Positions 1-12,807 of a stretch of 64,000 nucleotides of DNA are shown piece by piece (position 1 is the stretch's first letter; the number at the start of each line of letters is the position of its first letter). The translations under genes were made by a program, and so were the position numbers. Source of the stretch: Ylistrum balloti (Eukaryota); NCBI RefSeq assembly GCF_031769215.1, contig NW_026782132.1, forward strand, positions 248,001 through 312,000. Reading direction: 5' to 3'. Under the pieces are notes generated by a model that was not told the origin of the DNA, made no database searches, and was given only the letters and a program-made list of their open reading frames with translations.

Positions 1-672
1 TGCAATGTTGTTAAGGAAACACTGTTTAGTATACAGAGATCTTTTTATATTTATTAGCAGACACTTACACATTCAGCAATTAAATCTTAAAAAGGAAAAA
101 GATGTCAAATTAATTCTGGCTTCTCTTCCTTCCTTTTTCTTTCTCCTTTTATTTCATAATTTAGTCACGATCAATGAAGACAAACATAAAAACCATATAG
201 AATATCGGCCTTTGTCATGTTCCCTGCCATGTGAATCAGTCTGGTAGTCAAGCTTCTTGATTAACCAGTTTAACAATGTTACTTAGATAAGTCTTCTTTC
301 AAATTATAATAATTTAAATGAGAGACTGTCCCATACCATGACCTTGGAACTTGTAACCTATAACACTATGTAATATATGATAAAAGACTATTCAAATTGT
401 GTGGACTTCTTCCAAATATGACCTTACATCTGCCTTTAACACACAGGCCTGGGCAAGAGGAGCTGTGTGGTGGGTACATAATGAGGAAATGACATATCAC
501 ATGACCTGTGTTGGCCACCATAACAGGAATCTCATATGTACAGGTAGACCTTATCTGGTCCGCTGACTTCCCCTCTACTTCCTACAGGTGAGCCGGGAAT
601 CAATATTGATTCACTGATAGCTGGGCCATAGATACACCAGTCCTCCCTGTCTGGTTAGATTCACACACTTAC

Positions 673-780
673 CTTGTGCTTTCTTTTAGAATGAGTACAG
701 CATAAACATTACAATCTAGACTTTCATTCTTTATCAAAACATTCAACTTCCTTACAGACAAATGTAGAATTTGTAAAAGA
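673..780 (-). CDS. Candidate exon (108 nt, phase 2-2), LLQILHLSVRKLNVLIKNESLDCNVYAVLILKEST
   Basis: Very strong acceptor cctatcctcctactacag and donor AAG|gtaagt, single open frame, length divisible by 3. Confidence 0.5.
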
Positions 781-1142
781 CTGTAGTAGGAGGATAGGAT
801 TGTACTTATATCCGGGTGACAGTGGGACCTTGCTGTTTCCTTATCAGACTGTTAAGGTCAGTTTATCAGGGGACACCTATCACAGTAGGCATGTATTCCT
901 GCTACACAACACCACTGACCTATCTCATCAAATCACCTTAGATCATAGACAAACATATATCCAGGTTAGAAAAATAGTTATCTATTCACAACCATTAAAC
1001 ACTAATACTAGAAACTAAGTCAACAGCTATGATGTTATTGTGTTGGTCACCTTGATTAAGTTATCTTCAAAAATAATTAGTAAGAGATCTATGTACTAAA
1101 AAAAACAACAGTTAGTGACCAAGTGCTATGTTTATTTAGTTC

Positions 1143-1400
1143 GAAATGGACAAATAAAACTCATATTATCATTAGAATGGACAGAAAAATCCTATCTTTA
1201 TCACCAAAATGGACAGAAAATCCGAACATTATCATCAAAATGGACAGAAAATCCTAACTTTATCATTAGAATGGACAGAAATTCCTAGCTTTATCATCAG
1301 AATGGACAGAAAATCTCACTTGATCATAAGAATAGATAGAAAATTTTAATCTATCTTTAGAATCAACACAGAAAATTTACCAAAACTTTATCTTCTGAAC
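1143..1400. repeat. Diverged ~31-bp minisatellite (aatggacagaaaatcctaactttatcatcag)
   Basis: About 7-8 tandem copies. Confidence 0.85.
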
Positions 1401-2022
1401 GGAGAGAAAATCCTTCCCATAAGCTCTTAAATAAACTTGACAAGAGTTTTAAAAAAATCAATTATGAGTAAGCCTTTGACGTTAAGACTTGATCAACAAT
1501 CCCATCCACATGTTACACAATAAAAACCTGTAGGAGGATTTCCTTCCTTGAAAAGAAGACAGGCTTTCTTCCTTATGACACTCACACTGATGATAATAAA
1601 TGTGGCTGTCACCCAACACTATACAACTAAAAAAAAAACCATATTTTTCTCATCGTCAATAATGGCCAAGTTAATTATATAGACATTGCTAATTGTCTCC
1701 CTTTAAGCTAATCAAGTTTAACTTAAAAATCATTGTCAAGGACAAAATGATGAAGTTCCTCATCCATGACCTGATTTATATGATGCCAACTACCATATCA
1801 ACTATCAGAACTTTACTTCTGTGTAATTATTGTTACAGATATACTGCATTAAGTACACATGGTAATATTTAACATTTTGGTTAGAAACTCGTCATCATGT
1901 ACAGGGTTATCCTGAGATTTGGTGTACATAGAATAGTCAATAAAAATATCACATTTGGTCATTATGTATCTGCATACTATTGCCCCCTCCCCCGTCTCAA
2001 TTTAAACAATTTTTGGGCAGTT

Positions 2023-2025
<3 letters not shown>

Positions 2026-2061
<36 letters not shown>
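2026..2061. repeat. (AC)18 microsatellite
   Basis: Direct reading. Confidence 0.95.
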
Positions 2062-2062
<1 letters not shown>

Positions 2063-5000
2063 AATCAGACCAACTTTCAACCATCTGTAATTTGATTCAT
2101 TCAATTTCGGTCAATTAAATAAATATGCAATCAGATTGGCAATATAAAATGTACAGAATTTTGTGTGAAACAAACCAAGTATATTTTTATGATTTTTGAT
2201 AAAAAAAAAAAACCCATGGACTGGTGGGAGAATCAACAGAAACATTACACAGATGTTCTTAAATCCCAGTTGTCCTGTATAACTTACTGGAGCGATGTGA
2301 GAGTTAAGCTAGGTCAGATGACCTTATTGGAGTAATCTGATTGGATTATTCTGCTGAACTTGTGCAATAATCACAGGTACAAAAATTGTTTTCTAAGAAT
2401 TTATTGTGGCCTTGAATGTGAATTACTTTGTGAATCTATCAGTACAGTATTACAGTGACCATAAGATGACCTTCAGGTGATCTTGGTCTGATTTTTGACA
2501 TTTATTGACCTTTAATGCCACAATCTTGCCATTTTGGTGCAGCATTTAGTTGACCTAATTATGACAATACTTTAGCAGTGTTGTGATCTTTATTGTAAAT
2601 TGACCACACTACGACAATCATTTGACCTATTTTTATCACATGACCTTGATATATTGTTGTGACCTTGAGTTAATGTTCTTGATGTAAACTTCATGACCAA
2701 GTTCTGACTTTTCTCTTGTTCCTCCAAAAGTTTACAACAAGCCAATATGAAGACATCCAATCAGATATATCAGGACTTTGCATGGAAGTTTTTGTATACT
2801 AGTGTAGCAAATTGGCATACAAATGCAGAGCACCCATTACACCAGAAGGTTTTCAGTGGGAAAGTGCCGCCATTCCAGATCGGTATATAAATCAAACATC
2901 ACAAGTCTGAGCATGAACTATCAACACTCACTCTTTACAAGTCATACCAAATTTTTCCCGTCACATTGCGTAATTGAGTATTATGATTATTTTTCCTTCT
3001 GATACAATTCCCAGTGTTGGGTGTTCAGTGTGTGTCAGAGACATCTTGCTGTGAGCTCTGGCCTGGCTGTTACAGCAGGGATGATGATTATTACTGCAGA
3101 ATTCCTCATTCCTTCTTAAGTTATCAGTCAAAATATATATCAGTATAAAAAACCTTCCGCACACACGATTAAATCTGTGATGTGATTTACTAGTCCAGTT
3201 TGTAACCACATGGAAACTGTCTGGCTACCAGCATCACGATTTGTGTCGGCACATTACATCATATAGTTTTGTTAAATTGGAATTATCTAGCAAGGGAATC
3301 TATCAACATTATTTCATGCCACTATACTTTTACTGCATATTAGATGTGTATTTTTACATCACAAGATTTGTCCTTACACCAATGTAGCATGGAAATTTCA
3401 CATTCCAGCATTTGATACTTTAAATATTTCTAAGTAGTAAGTTTAAAGTTTCATTTTCCAAATGCGATAAAACATATAGGTAGCAATAATACATAATAAT
3501 TCAGAGTATATCAAATGTTGAAGATGACGGAGGACTATTCCATACAGATAATGTATACATATATATTGATCTCTACATGTGCAAATATCTCTAAATCTCG
3601 GATGTTGGGAGAATCTACATCAACTTATATATCAAATGCATGACATCAGAATATATCAATAAATTATAAATCTTCAATATCATTTTTCATACATCCTTTA
3701 GTTAGATAAATGCAGAAAATAAATTTTCATCCTCATATTTTATCCCACTGTTTGGCAGATAAACATTGAAAAATGTAGAGTACATAAAAAACATGACACA
3801 CAGGTTATTTCAGGAAAATGAGTGATAGTGTTTATAAACATTATACAAAAGGTACACAAATCTCTAATTTATGTTAATCCTCTTCAATCAAACACCATGT
3901 ATCAGACTTTTGAGAGGCTATAAATAAGGAGAAACATGTCTCTGTTTTAGTAACAATGGATGTGATTTGGTCAACAATGTAATCAGTTAACCTACCATCT
4001 AGATAGGTTTCAGGTCTATAGTTATCTGTATCTTGGATTCAATTTGTACTACATGCTGTACAATATAGCCTTATTTTATCCCTACATACTTCAAACTAGA
4101 GTGTGACATGCAGGGACGAGACATGTAGACCTACAAAGCTAATAACACAATCACAGCACTGTGTGTACTCAGCTTTGTGGTTTTTTCTCCGGGGCTATAT
4201 GACACTCAATCTCACCAAAACATCCATATAAACGTCAGTCACAGGAGCCAGCTAAATCTTTGGAGAATAATTTAATTTTCACATCATATTTTAATACCAA
4301 GTGGTCAAACATTACATTACACATTTGTTTTTTCTTTGATTCAATTGTGGATAAAGAGACAGGAAAATGTGTGAAGGGAGATAACCCATACCAACACCTG
4401 CATAACAAGATTTAGCTTAATTTTATTTTCATTGTTTTAGTGTAGCCAAAGTTTATGGAATTAATGTATTGAATAAATTTGAGATCAATAATTAAGATTA
4501 TCAAAACATGTTTTGCAAAACAAATCCATTTAAGACTGAAAATACAATCTGCTAATTTCTATCTTCAACAATGGGTTAAAATTTCTGTTTCATGGGTTTT
4601 TTTCCCTTTCTAATACCAGGTACAAAAAGCTTGCAGGAGAATGTCAAAATGTTACTGTGCCTTTCACACCATAAATGGTAAAATAAGAAGCTTGTAACTG
4701 ACAGGAAACAGAAAATGTCTGAGCCAGACAAAAGCAAATAAGATGCTTGTAAATGCCTGCAGATGATGAATTTCAAATCATGTGTCCTTCATGCAGTGAA
4801 CAGGCAAAATCTGGCAGTGGAAGTGTGTGTCAATATGATAAAGTGTTAGGGGCTGCTCTGTGCCTTGGGGTAGGGCTCTGTGCCTTGGGGTAGGGCTCCA
4901 CCCCGAGGTCAATGATAAAACCTCTCTTTACTGTTGACAGATATAACCTTATATTACACAAAGCCATGTCCTGTTTATGTTTACATCACCTTATCAAACA

Positions 5001-6569
5001 AGAATCTATAATCAGCAGGTTCCCCTCATACACACCAAGTACCACCAATATCTCTGAAATTCATCACCATTTCAAATCGACCATAATTTCCTTATACTGC
5101 TGTATATGTATAGCTTTGAGGTAGCAATGTCACTCAAGCATTCAATACTATTAAGTGATGATTGAGAAGGATCAGGGAGTAGTAGTTAAAACAAGATAAA
5201 AAGTTAAGAGTTATAAAGTCACATTTGTCACATTGAATGTTCTATAAAATGACAACCACATAATGTCAGGAATGATCAGGAAGAGGAGAATGATCTGTTT
5301 TGCTATAATTAAGCTACAAGTGATAAATGCAAAATTGGGAAAGTCTTTATTATGCAATGAATTTATAATTCAGTTTTAATTATGACAGGTGTTCCTGCTG
5401 TCACACTCAAATTTTCTTAACTCTACAGCCAGATATATATTTGTAATACAAACACCTGTTACAACAGTTTGCCTTTAACACATACATCTAGAATATTATC
5501 GTTTTCAAACAAATGTACAAATCACAGTAATAGGAGTACCATTGTACAGGAAATTAACACTAAATCTCAGCACCCACGTAAACAAAATATATTCAATCAC
5601 TAAGCCACTTAAGAATATCAAAAAACGTGGCTGATAGTGTTTATTGTGGAAGGAGACATGCTTGAGTTGTTGCATAATAAATCAATTCCATTTCCTATAT
5701 CCTGTGGATAAAGTTATCACCAGAGCATGACAGAATATCTTCCTGTAATAGCGCTAAATTCACCAATGTCTAGCAATGTCAGTGATCACCGATCCGTAAT
5801 AGCACTCCACTGACAAAATCTAGCCCTAGGATAGGAGAATGTTCACACAATTTTGACAAATATGAATATAAGCTGTTATTGAAGAAACACTCCAATAAAA
5901 TCTGTGTTAGTGTGTGTATACCTTATATCAGTGATTATGACAATATCTTAAGTATGAAAAGGTCTTTTCGATAACCTTGGTGATTAACAAACCTATAACT
6001 GAAGGTCAACTACCATCAAAACACTTCTTACCTACACATTAGATGCATAGAATATTTTTCAATTATATCTAAAATGACATTTAAACATTACAAAAGCTTA
6101 ATTTAAATTTAATTAAGGTGTTAATTATATATCTAAACGCTTTTTTCAGAAGATCAAGCTTATCAACATGTATAACAAAATTTTAACAGCTTTTGTAAAA
6201 GTGGATCAGTAATAAATCATAGTGGAAGTATATTGAATGAAGCCTGATATTATGGGTGAACATGCTTGTACATTATCTGTCTTGGTAACATAATATATCA
6301 GGTACACCTAGCTAGACAGCTTGTCCCTATAGGGGTATATGTTTATCAGGGATATATAGAGATATCAGTTCGAACATGTTCCCAGAAGGTACCAATGTAC
6401 GATATCCCCGGAGGGATACAGACTAATTACAGGTACCCAGAGGCTGATATCTCTATCCAAAACTCTACCTGAGTATCTGGTGTCATTAAGTTAACATTTC
6501 TCAATTACTCAATCTGTATATATAGTCATCAACAAACTGACCTTATTTAGCCAATTGGTCTAAAACTAG

Positions 6570-7700
6570 ACAAGAGGCCCAAGGGCCATAACAGTCACCT
6601 GAGTTACATTTCTTCTTGTGACATATCATAGAAATGATTTTGAAACAAAAAGTAAGGTAACTTTAACAACATTGTACACATAATCCAAATGTAAGCTGTA
6701 CGTAACATTAACTGCTGTTCCATGCTAAGGCTTCTAATCAAGTCTGAATTAAAGAAAATTTCCCTTATAAACAGAATTTTTCCTATATGAAACCTTCCAT
6801 TCATGAACAGTATAACACCTTTGAAATTTCAGTCAATTTGACCAATTTTTGGCCCCGGCCATAAGCCCCTTGGGGTCAGCAAGGGCCAATATGTGGAGCT
6901 CATCAAACTGTCATCTTATACCAATAATTCTAACCAGGTTTGAACTATTTCTGAAAGAAAATAAATAAATTATGCTAAAAAAATTTTCTATATAAATTAT
7001 AGTCAATTTAACCTCCTCCCCAATAAGATATGTAAGAAGACCCTGGGGTCATGAAATTTACAATTTTGGTAAAGAATCTAAAGGCCTTTTCATTCATGAA
7101 GATTATTTGATTTTACCATACCTGGGATGTGAAAAGAAGATTTTAGATGTCTCAATCAATTTGACCCTTTTTGGCCCCGCCTTTCAGGTCCCTGGGAGTT
7201 AAGGACCATATAATGAACAATCTGCTTCTATCCTTAAAAATATGAAATTTGAAAATTTACCTTACATTATCAAATCCATTATGCTCACTTGTTGGCCATT
7301 TTCTTTTTCTGATTATAGTCTGAAACCAAAGGGCATTAATAGGGAGTAAGGGAAACCTACATATGAACTTTTGGGAAAGATTTATAAAATACTTCTTAAT
7401 AAATAGTGATAATAATCTTTCTAGTAAATATCCAAGATGGCCATCTGTCAGCCATTTGTTTTTCTCATCATGAAGTCCCTAAATCAAATGGGCTCAACTA
7501 GCGACCAAGAGAATCTACGTATGAAATTTGTGAAAGATCCATCAAGTACCTCTTAAGATATGACAAAAAAAACTTTCATTATCTAAGATGGCCGCCTGTC
7601 AGCCATTTTGTTTTTTGGCTCAGTGCCATAAACAAAGGGCATAACTAAGGACCAAGAAAAACCTACATGCAAAATCTGAGGAAGATCCATGGAATGTAAG
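6570..7700 (+). mobile_element. Degenerate HINE-like element(s)
   Basis: Starts ACAAGAGGCCCAAGGGCC...gtcacctgag; internal modules (ccaagatggcc...gccattttg, gaaacctacatatgaa) are shared with other copies in the window. Confidence 0.55.
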
Positions 7701-9456
7701 GCAATTTGAATACCTCACTGTCATCAGATATTCTATATAGAGTTATCAAGTACTTGACTTTGACCTTGCAACCCTGAAATAGAATCTTTTTCAAATATAT
7801 AAAATCCTCATAGTCATACCAGGGTACTTTTTAAAAGAAATTGCTAGCATTTTCACTGGATCGGATGATGATTTTCCAACATTGCAGTACAAACTGCAGC
7901 TTTTGTATTGTAGATATATATAAAGTTGTTATCTGCAAAAGCAATCTTACAAAGTGCAGCACACTGAACAAATCTTGTGTGTCAAAATAAACAAAGGGTC
8001 ATCATCAATTCATCTTCAGGATAATGGTAATGGTTAGTTTGTTGATATTTCAGATGTATCCTGCCAGGCCTGCTACTTTGTGAAGTAATAGTGTAATATT
8101 CAGCTAGGGCCAAGAATGTCCGACACCTTGTAAATGGAATTTAGATTTTATACAAACTAATCAATCCTCATCAAATCTGACTACAAACCTCTGGATGTTT
8201 AGTAAATTAATAGGCAGTGTGACTGAATTAACCATTACTTATGTATAAACCTTAAATTGCTGTTTGTAACCTCCTTCTTTTCTCAAGATAGGCAGCAAAT
8301 TAGAGAATATATATATATACTAAATAAACAGCAAAGCAATACTTAAAATATCCTGAAATCATCCGATTTTGAAACATACCTAACAATAAAGTTGAAGTCC
8401 TCAAGGTAACTTGAGTAGTCACAAGACATGAAAATTTCAAATGATCTAAGTTGTTTGGAACATTTCAAAATACTTCTCCCCATTACCAAAATACTTCACT
8501 TGTCACACAAAGAAAGATCTTATATACAAAACATAAAGAAGACATTGATCGTCTAGACAACTGCTACTGCATGAATGGATAATGGGTTTACCAATCATAG
8601 ATCCTGCTATAAGAAATGGAACTAGTCCAAAATAATAGATCTGATTACTAGTTCATCATTGGAGCCGGTGACAATGTTACAAGCACGTTAATACAAATGT
8701 ACTTCTGAGCATCCATTTACAAACCTGTGGATCTGAAGAACAGAACATTTATCAATTATGAAACCCTGGCCTAACTATCTGTGTTGATAGTCAATCTCAC
8801 ACAGCTTGGGGCAAATACCAAGCACTTCCTTTGAAGCCAACTGTTGACAAAGACAAATAAATTGTATAGGACTTTTTTCCCCATAGCGTTTGCAAATTGA
8901 GAATTACGGGTGAAATTTAAGTCATTAGGCTGCGAATTACATTGGCTGTTAATTACATAATAGAAATGTAGTTTGACAGCACATGATCCATCAGTATCAT
9001 AGATTTAGGCCATATGTTTTGGCCACAACCAAAGGAATTCACAGGCATATAGTACAGGAGAACCTATAAAAATATTTTTTCTATTTTCTACATAGGTATA
9101 AAAACCATGTGCACTAAATGCAATTTTTTTTCACCAAAATTCCAAATCCACTTCGTTTGAGTTGGTATGCCAACGGAAACATCATTTAATTAGGACACAT
9201 GGTTACACATGATGGTTCCTTCCAGAGAGATTGCTGCAGAAAATTGTACAATTACTTGAATCAATGTGTGTGTATATGCAGGGACACATTGCTATCCCCA
9301 TGCAGTGAGTGCCTAACTCTGCAGGATGACCATTATCTTCTGTGTCTACTTGTCATATGTAGAATTCCTCTATTACACACAAAAGGCGATCGTAATCGGT
9401 ATAACTTCTGTGTATAAAGCGATTTGTAGAATCCCTTGATGAAAAACATCTCTTAC

Positions 9457-9524
9457 CGGAGATGTGGCAAATTACATAAATTTACAACACCCTGGCAGGC
9501 CATTGTGACATACAAGTAATACCC
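9457..9524 (-). CDS. Candidate exon (68 nt, phase 0-2), GYYLYVTMACQGVVNLCNLPHL
   Basis: Strong acceptor tttcccatttacag and donor CCG|gtaaga; phase matches exon 673-780. Confidence 0.4.
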
Positions 9525-9649
9525 CTGTAAATGGGAAATTCCAAAATTCAAAGCATTCACATAATGCAGATTTTGTCATAGATCCATGTGATTTGTATGG
9601 TATATATGATGGAAGATTCTACTGTGACTTGTGAAATTTTCTGACTAAC

Positions 9650-9736
9650 AGATGGCCAGTTCTGCAATTGTAACTTTAACTGGTTTTAAGACGTCTTGAA
9701 CCAATTCTGTTCCTACATCTGTTCCAACATAATCCA
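9650..9736 (-). CDS. Candidate exon (87 nt, phase 1-1), DYVGTDVGTELVQDVLKPVKVTIAELAI
   Basis: Acceptor tagttttcag, donor TCT|gttagt, only one open frame. Confidence 0.3.
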
Positions 9737-9922
9737 CTGAAAACTATATATTTCTTTCTCAGGCGATCACTATTCACTGGTTGGTGTTAAAGCACTGTAG
9801 TGTTTTCTTTCACACAGTTATACATATTTATATGTGAGAATTTGTTAATATACCAATGACTAGTGTACTTTATATTTTGCCAGTTTACCGATCACACATG
9901 ATATTGATAAGATGGTTTAAAC

Positions 9923-10531
9923 AACAAGAGGCTGAATTGGCCAGCATTGCTCACCTGGTATTTAATCGCAAATATATTCACATATACACCATTGGCATTC
10001 AAAGTGGGCACATCCAATCGATTTTAGCCAATTTCCACAACAATGATGTTCTAATACTCAATTGTAAACAGTTATGACCTTCAGTGTAAGTAAATGCTAC
10101 TCCTTTTCTTCTCGAAATTTGACCTAGAAACACCATTCCACCAAATATCATGCTTCTCACACTTCTGGTTAACCAGAAGAAATCTTTCATAGGTTTCAAA
10201 AAAATTGATCCCTGTAATTTTCAATATGGGTCAAGGTCATTTCTTTTAGCAACTGTCAGTCTTTATCCTTGGAAGCTAATACCCAAATACTATTCTTCTT
10301 CACCTATTGGCTAGACTAAAGAAAATTGAAGATTTTAACTAGTTCAGAAACTTTGACCTTGAATAACGGTCAAGGTCATTTCTTTACGTAAACTTGTCTG
10401 TCAGCAACCCACCAACAGATATCATATCATGTGAACTTCTGTATATTGAGAAAAAGTTGTTTAAATCAAAATGTTGACACTGGACAAATGAACAGGAAGA
10501 CATTGGACTTTTCGGCCAGGTGAGCTTAAAA
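9923..10531 (+). mobile_element. Non-autonomous Helentron/HINE-like element, apparently full length
   Basis: Starts AACAAGAGG; perfect 10-bp subterminal inverted repeats gctcacctgg (9949-9958) and ccaggtgagc (10516-10525); ends ttaaaa; internal TGACCTT/AAGGTCA motifs. Confidence 0.65.
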
Positions 10532-11254
10532 CACCTAACAATTTTAACAAGTTATAATCAATTTCATCCCTTAAAATAACACGTAATAATCAATTTCATG
10601 ATATAAGTTTCCTAGTTTACATCTTTATACCTGTCTTATCTATTGATTAACATATGTAAAAACTGTATCTTTATTAAGAATATTTCATGATATATGGAAA
10701 CAGAAAATCAAAGCCTTCAAATAGTATAAAAAGTTCTGTAAGATTTATTACACTGTATGTCAATAACAAGCTGAACATATAGAATTTCTATTAATCCTAT
10801 TCAGAAATAAGGTCAATCTGTTGTATTTAAAATATATGTATGTACATGAAGAATAATAATGAAAGAATTTTCATTCTAAAGCTGAAAAATTGTAATCATG
10901 AGCAAAATTTCTTCTGGTGAAGCAATAAGTAGGTCATGACTGACTGTAGACTTAGGTAAAAGGTACAATAAGAATAGGTCTGGTATATGACCCAGACACA
11001 AAGCCCAGCTGTCTCATCTGGGTTATGATAATGTTTCAGCTGTGATTGTGATTTTGCATGTTGCCTTATTCGTACCTAACATATTAAAACGTCTAGCTAT
11101 GTATTTGTTTCCATGTGAAAATCACATTGCTGTGTGAAAGGAAGAGTAAATGTTATTTGCTTTTTAGACAAATTTTAAGATGGATTTATTTTCAAAAAGG
11201 TATACATACATACACATAAAGAAAACTACACTGGCCTTCATGAAAATCTACACT

Positions 11255-11770
11255 TACAAAACCTGAGGTACAGTGTATCTTGGCATCCACCAATGTATGA
11301 TCTTCATCAGTTCTTTATCAGACGAATCTTTTCCCATCTTTTGAAATGATCCCAAAATCAAATATACCTAACCAGTGAACAAGGAGAACCAACATACGAA
11401 ATCATAACTGTCAAAATCCAAAATGGTCACCTGATGACCATTTTTATCCCAAAATTGGCAATGCACAAGTAGAAACCAAAGGAAGTTTACAGGAGAACTT
11501 TGAGAAAGATCCGCCCAGTATTGAACAAGATCCACCCAGTACTGAACAAGTTCCACCCTGTACTGAACAAGATCCACCCAGTACTGAACAGGATCCACCC
11601 AGTACTGAACAAGATCCACCCAGATCCACCCAGTCCTGAACAAGATTCACTCAGTCCTGAACAAGAAATAGTGATAGTAGACTTTGTATCTCACTTACAT
11701 TTTTTAACACATACAATAGCAATAATAAGAGGTCACAGAGCTAGGCCAAAGATGAAGGTCAATTTGAACA
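11255..11770 (+). mobile_element. Degenerate HINE-like element carrying an internal 21-bp tandem array
   Basis: Shares tcttggc..cacca, cccaaaa.tgg(g)caatgcacaa and gaactttgagaaa with the copy at 22981-23440. Confidence 0.5.
11502..11662. repeat. 21-bp minisatellite (aagatccacccagtactgaac)
   Basis: About 7 copies; explains ORFs 11368-11865. Confidence 0.9.
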
Positions 11771-11809
11771 GCCCATTATCTGATATGGTGGATGGGCTAT
11801 CTATGGGAG

Positions 11810-12252
11810 AGGGACAACACTTACATGAATATTTTGAGAGAGAACACACTTATAGACAGGAATGACCATTTTGAGAAAGAACTTACTTCCAGACAGTTGG
11901 GACAAATATAAGAGAAAGCTCACTTACAGATAGATGTGACTTTGGTGAGGAAGACCATCCTTACAGTCAGGTGTGACCTTTGTAAGAGAGACTTCACTTA
12001 CAGACAGGTGTGACCTTTGTAAGAGAGACTTCACTTACAGACAGGTGTGACCTTTGTAAGAGAGACAACACTTACAGACAGGTGTGACCTTTGTAAGAGA
12101 GACAACACTTACAGACAGGTGTGACCTTTGTAAGAGAGACAACACTTACAGACAGGTGTGACCTTTGTAAGAGAGACTACACTTACAGACAGGTGTGACC
12201 TTTGTAAGAGAGACTTCACTTACAGACAGGTGTGACCTTTGTAAAAGAGAAA
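11810..12252. repeat. 37-bp minisatellite (cagacaggtgtgacctttgtaagagagacttcactta)
   Basis: 8 near-identical copies from about 11955, with degenerate copies upstream. Confidence 0.9.
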
Positions 12253-12697
12253 ACAAAACTGCCTTTTAGCTGGAAACAACCTATACTAGATTCAGCAGCT
12301 ATGTTCCTAATGATAAAGAATAATTCCACAGACTTTCCGAATACAATATCCACAAATAATACTTATATAGAAAGGCTGACATCTTGAAAGATACGCCATC
12401 AGATGAACAATGGAACTGTCATAAATGTCATTCCTTATTAAATATTTGAATCAATACTGAAATGGAAAGTACATGTATTCTAAGATCAAGAATCACTTTT
12501 ATCTGGACATGTACATTTAAAAAATCAAGAAAATAGCAGAAAATCAACAACAATACAAGAAATATTTGAATATTTGTTGATATTCATATTGAATCCAGTG
12601 AAACAATGACATTATCACTACTGTAAGGGATTACCAGTTACTACATGTTAGATTGTAGTATGTCCTAAAATGGTCATGATTAATAACAATATGTCAC

Positions 12698-12807
12698 AGA
12701 AGATGGATAGGTGATTAACAGTTTTTCCTCGGCTGCTGCTAGCTCAAAGCATATTGAATAGAGAATCAACTGCTGTTTCGCTGCAGTACTCTTTCTGAAC
12801 TCAAAAC
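12698..12807 (-). CDS. Weak candidate exon, (G)FEFRKSTAAKQQLILYSICFELAAAEEKLLITYPSS
   Basis: Sits in a stop-free frame of about 60 codons that is CpG-containing and protein-like; splice sites are weak. Confidence 0.25.

Noticed and set aside
9955-10050. 96-nt exon with a strong CAG|gtgagc donor that seemed to need a 1-nt frameshift to complete a WD40-like chain
   Set aside because: It lies inside the HINE-like element 9923-10531, and the donor is the element's inverted repeat. All frames have stops, so the frameshift story is an artefact of fitting.
11258-11367. Open 110-nt exon candidate VYLILGSFQKMGKDSS...
   Set aside because: The sequence aligns by eye to the 5' part of the dispersed element also at 22981, so it is probably transposon-derived.
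11368-11865. ORFs with VQYWVDL, GGSCSVL and KIHPVLN repeats
   Set aside because: Products of the 21-bp tandem array.
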